NCBI GenBank assembly: GCA_012026655.1
Contig: JAAILG010001376.1
Span: 1-64,000, forward strand
Origin: Hydrolagus affinis
Taxonomy: Eukaryota
Reading direction: 5' to 3'
DNA: 64,000 bases
Both the position numbers and the translations under genes were made by a program. Of the stretch, positions 61,490 through 64,000 are shown in pieces. Numbering within the stretch: position 1 is the stretch's first letter; the number at the start of each line of letters is the position of its first letter. A model generated the notes under the pieces. That model was given only the letters and a program-made list of their open reading frames with translations, ran no database searches and was not told the origin of the DNA.

Positions 61490-62220
61490 AAGATTTTGTT
61501 TTGGACAGTCAGGTGTCTCACACATGTGAAAGCCTATTTCAGCCTAAGCCGGTGGTCGGCCAACAAAATAAATGTGCTTGTTAAATGTTGCCATAAATCA
61601 AGAAATATTCAATTATGAAAAACTGGAGATACATTACCATTTTAAAATAGAATCACCTAGACTAATGCAATTGTTCCGCAGGCAACTTCTTGATGGCCCC
61701 TACGGCCACATCAGGCCCACGGGCCATGAGTTGGTTTAGGAGTATCAGGATGTGAGTTTCACATATGTATTCTACCCACACATGGAAATTTCCCCGAATA
61801 TGGAATGTATATTCTCTCTCCCTGGAGGGACACACTCTTGCTTACCCATTTCCGGATCGTTTGAGACTCAGCGTGGTGAGAGCCAAGGTTTGGGGATCAA
61901 CAAAAGTATGCATTGGGGTACTGTTGGCGTTTAACCCACTAAAATGTCATAGTTTGCCATTGAGAGCATTTTTGGCAAGGATCTGGCTGCTTGTCCAGCT
62001 AGATCCACCCTACCCATTACTGCATTGCCTTGCAGTGTTAACAGATGTTGAGTGGGAAGAGTCCCTGAGTCTGACTGGCTGGTCTATTATCAGCAGTGCC
62101 TTTGAATACTGTGGACCCACCTTGCTCAGGAACCAGACCACAGAACTTTGCCTTAATTCTGACATCCCATTGTCAAAATCATGTCACAATGGAGGCCGCT
62201 CAGTTGTACGTTGACCCCAC
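61490..62220 (+). mobile_element. Unclassified repeat family X, interrupted at ~61549-61734
   Basis: ttttggacagtcaggtgtc..[insert]..ttaggagtatc..ctggagggacac..gagagccaaggtttgggga..ctggctggtctattatcagcagtgcc. Confidence 0.62.
61549..61734. mobile_element. Possible hAT/Charlie-type MITE remnant
   Basis: Left end ccggtggtcggccaac; subterminal ggccacatcaggcccacgggccatgagttgg is typical of hAT non-autonomous ends; right terminal repeat mostly lost. Confidence 0.4.
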
Positions 62221-62403
62221 CTACCCTCTAAACTAAAATCATATATATTTGCTACTCAGGTTTAACATTGATTTTCACTCAAAGCATTTTCAGGATATTT
62301 GCCAATCACCAGTTAGCGTGGGAGCAGCTCTACATTAAGTCACAAGAGTTCAGGTCAAAATCAAACTAAAATAATAAAAGCTGATTTACTTCAATATCTG
62401 TAC

Positions 62404-62733
62404 AATAATATTATAATAATCCTTACATTTGATGAAGCACTTTACGCGTCTTCTAGACGTCTCAAAGGGCTTCAAAGAATGTACTGTAAAGTGAATTGAC
62501 TGTACATATGTGGGTGAAATGCGGCAGCCAATTGTGCACAGCAGTGACCCACAAACAGTCATGGATTGAGTGACCAAATTATTATTGTTTTTCTTTGGTG
62601 GGATTATTATTAAGCGTGTGAAGTAAGGAAACTTGCCCAAAGTTTTGCCCTGCCTGTAATCTAACCCAGGTCTCTCACTTGCAAGGCGAGTGCTCTAACT
62701 ACTACAGTTAGAGCACTCGCCTTGCAAGTGAGA
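62404..62733 (-). mobile_element. SINE2-1_CM-like SINE whose 5' end is a 28-bp perfect fold-back
   Basis: tctcacttgcaaggcgagtgctctaact actac agttagagcactcgccttgcaagtgaga. Confidence 0.9.
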
Positions 62734-62954
62734 CAGTAACAACTGTACAGTAAGCCGCACATGAAATAGAAGGCAGAGATTTGGTATAAGAGGGCCATTC
62801 TCTCCTTGATGAATTGTTCCCCTCTACTCCTGGGGATAGATGTTGGATTTCCAGCTTTCCACCATATGTGTAAATGACCTGGATAAAGTAACAGAGAGGA
62901 CTATTTCTAAATTTACTAATGTCACTAAACTAGAAGGTGTTGTAATAATGTTGT

Positions 62955-63145
62955 AATAATAATAATAATAATCCTTGCATTTGATATAGCGCTTTTCATG
63001 TCTTTTAGACTGTAATATACTGTAAAGTGAATTGATTGTATATTTGTGGGTGAAACTCGGTAACCAGTTGCACACAGCAGTGTCCCATAAATTGTTGTAG
63101 TTTAAAATGACCGATTTGTTATTGCTTTTTGTGAGGGAATATTAT
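62955..63145 (-). mobile_element. SINE2-type 3' half
   Basis: (TAA)n tccttgcatttgatatagcgc, then core. Confidence 0.85.
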
Positions 63146-63149
63146 TAGA

Positions 63150-64000
63150 TGTGGTGCGTGATAAATATAGAGTTACAGGCAGATTAAGCAAATGGGCAGA
63201 ACTATGGCAAATGAAGTTTAATATTGTGAAAAGTGAAAAAGTGCACTTTTGACAAAAAATAATATTGGGAAATATGCTCTGCATGGGGAAGTGTTAAGTA
63301 GTAGATGAGCAAAGAGAATACAGGTTCAAGTCCATTGACCATTAAAATCGAGTTTACAGGTGGAGGCAGCAGTCAATAAGGCAAATTGGATGTAGGTATT
63401 TATAACAAATGATAATAATAATCCTTGCATTTGATATAGCGCTTTTCGAGACGTCTCAAATTGCTTCACAAAATATAATGTAAAGTGAATAGACTATATT
63501 CTGTGGTCGAAATGTGACAACCAGTTGTGCACAGCAGTGTCCCACAAACAGTTATGGATTGAGTGACCAATATAATAATATTATTTTTTTGAAGCAATTA
63601 TTACCCCCGGAAAAGAAATCCGGCAATCGACTAATAACTGGGTTCCTACTTGCTGCTAGTTAAACAGAGGAGTGCGGAGTAAGGAAACTTGGCCAACATT
63701 TCACCTGCCAGGAATCAAATCCAGGTCTCTTGCTGGGTTACAGGCCAGGAATCAAATCCAGGTCTCCCACTGAGCTACAGGACTCCAGAACAAGTGATGG
63801 TCCATGTGATTAATAGCTGGGTTGAAAGGGCTCAGCTCTGAGGAGAGACTGGCTAGACTGGATCTATATACCTGGGACCAGAGGAAATTGAGGGGGTGAT
63901 TTGACTGTGGTATTTCAAATGCTAAAAGAAATTGACAGGCAAGTGAGCGGATGCCTCTTCTCTCTGGTAGAGGTATTCATTAAAAGCGATATTGAATTAT
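63150..64000 (+). mobile_element. Degenerate CR1 RT fragment split by a SINE
   Basis: agattaagcaaatgggcagaactatggcaaatgaagtttaat (RLSKWAELWQMKFN)..gcagtcaataaggcaaat; gggttgaaagggctcagctctgaggagagactg..gaggggtgatttg. Confidence 0.8.
63412..63786 (-). mobile_element. SINE2-type copy with a 23-bp duplication in the head
   Basis: gccaggaatcaaatccaggtctc occurs at 63707 and 63744. Confidence 0.88.

Overview
A repeat-rich, AT-rich vertebrate window that appears to be non-coding. The repeat inventory points to a cartilaginous fish, probably a chimaera or elephant-shark relative; this is inferred from recalled repeat families, not from a search. It contains tRNA-headed Deu-domain SINEs with L2-type tails, older SacSINE1/AmnSINE-type DeuSINEs, L2 LINE 3' fragments ending in (TTG)n, CR1 3' ends, and short Penelope-type elements. 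I find no convincing host protein-coding gene. Nearly all ORFs in the track come from SINEs, LINEs or microsatellites, and the only recognisable protein sequence is frameshifted L2 reverse transcriptase. The first ~900 bp look like the edge of a CpG island or gene boundary, with GC boxes and good splice signals, including a candidate 21-nt minus-strand microexon. The most interesting signals are: (1) short target-site-duplicated insertions carrying a minimal hammerhead ribozyme motif; (2) several perfect fold-back or templated inverted repeats (14, 17, 28 and 46 bp), mostly at or inside mobile-element copies; (3) LF-SINE-like copies and an unclassified ~600-bp repeat family with at least 8 copies; (4) an 18-bp degenerate array built from the L2 3'-tail motif; (5) repeat-free islands that could be conserved regulatory elements. 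I cannot support a claim of a new multi-gene system from this window. Repeat boundaries are estimated by eye (about +/-20 bp) and family names are recalled, not searched.
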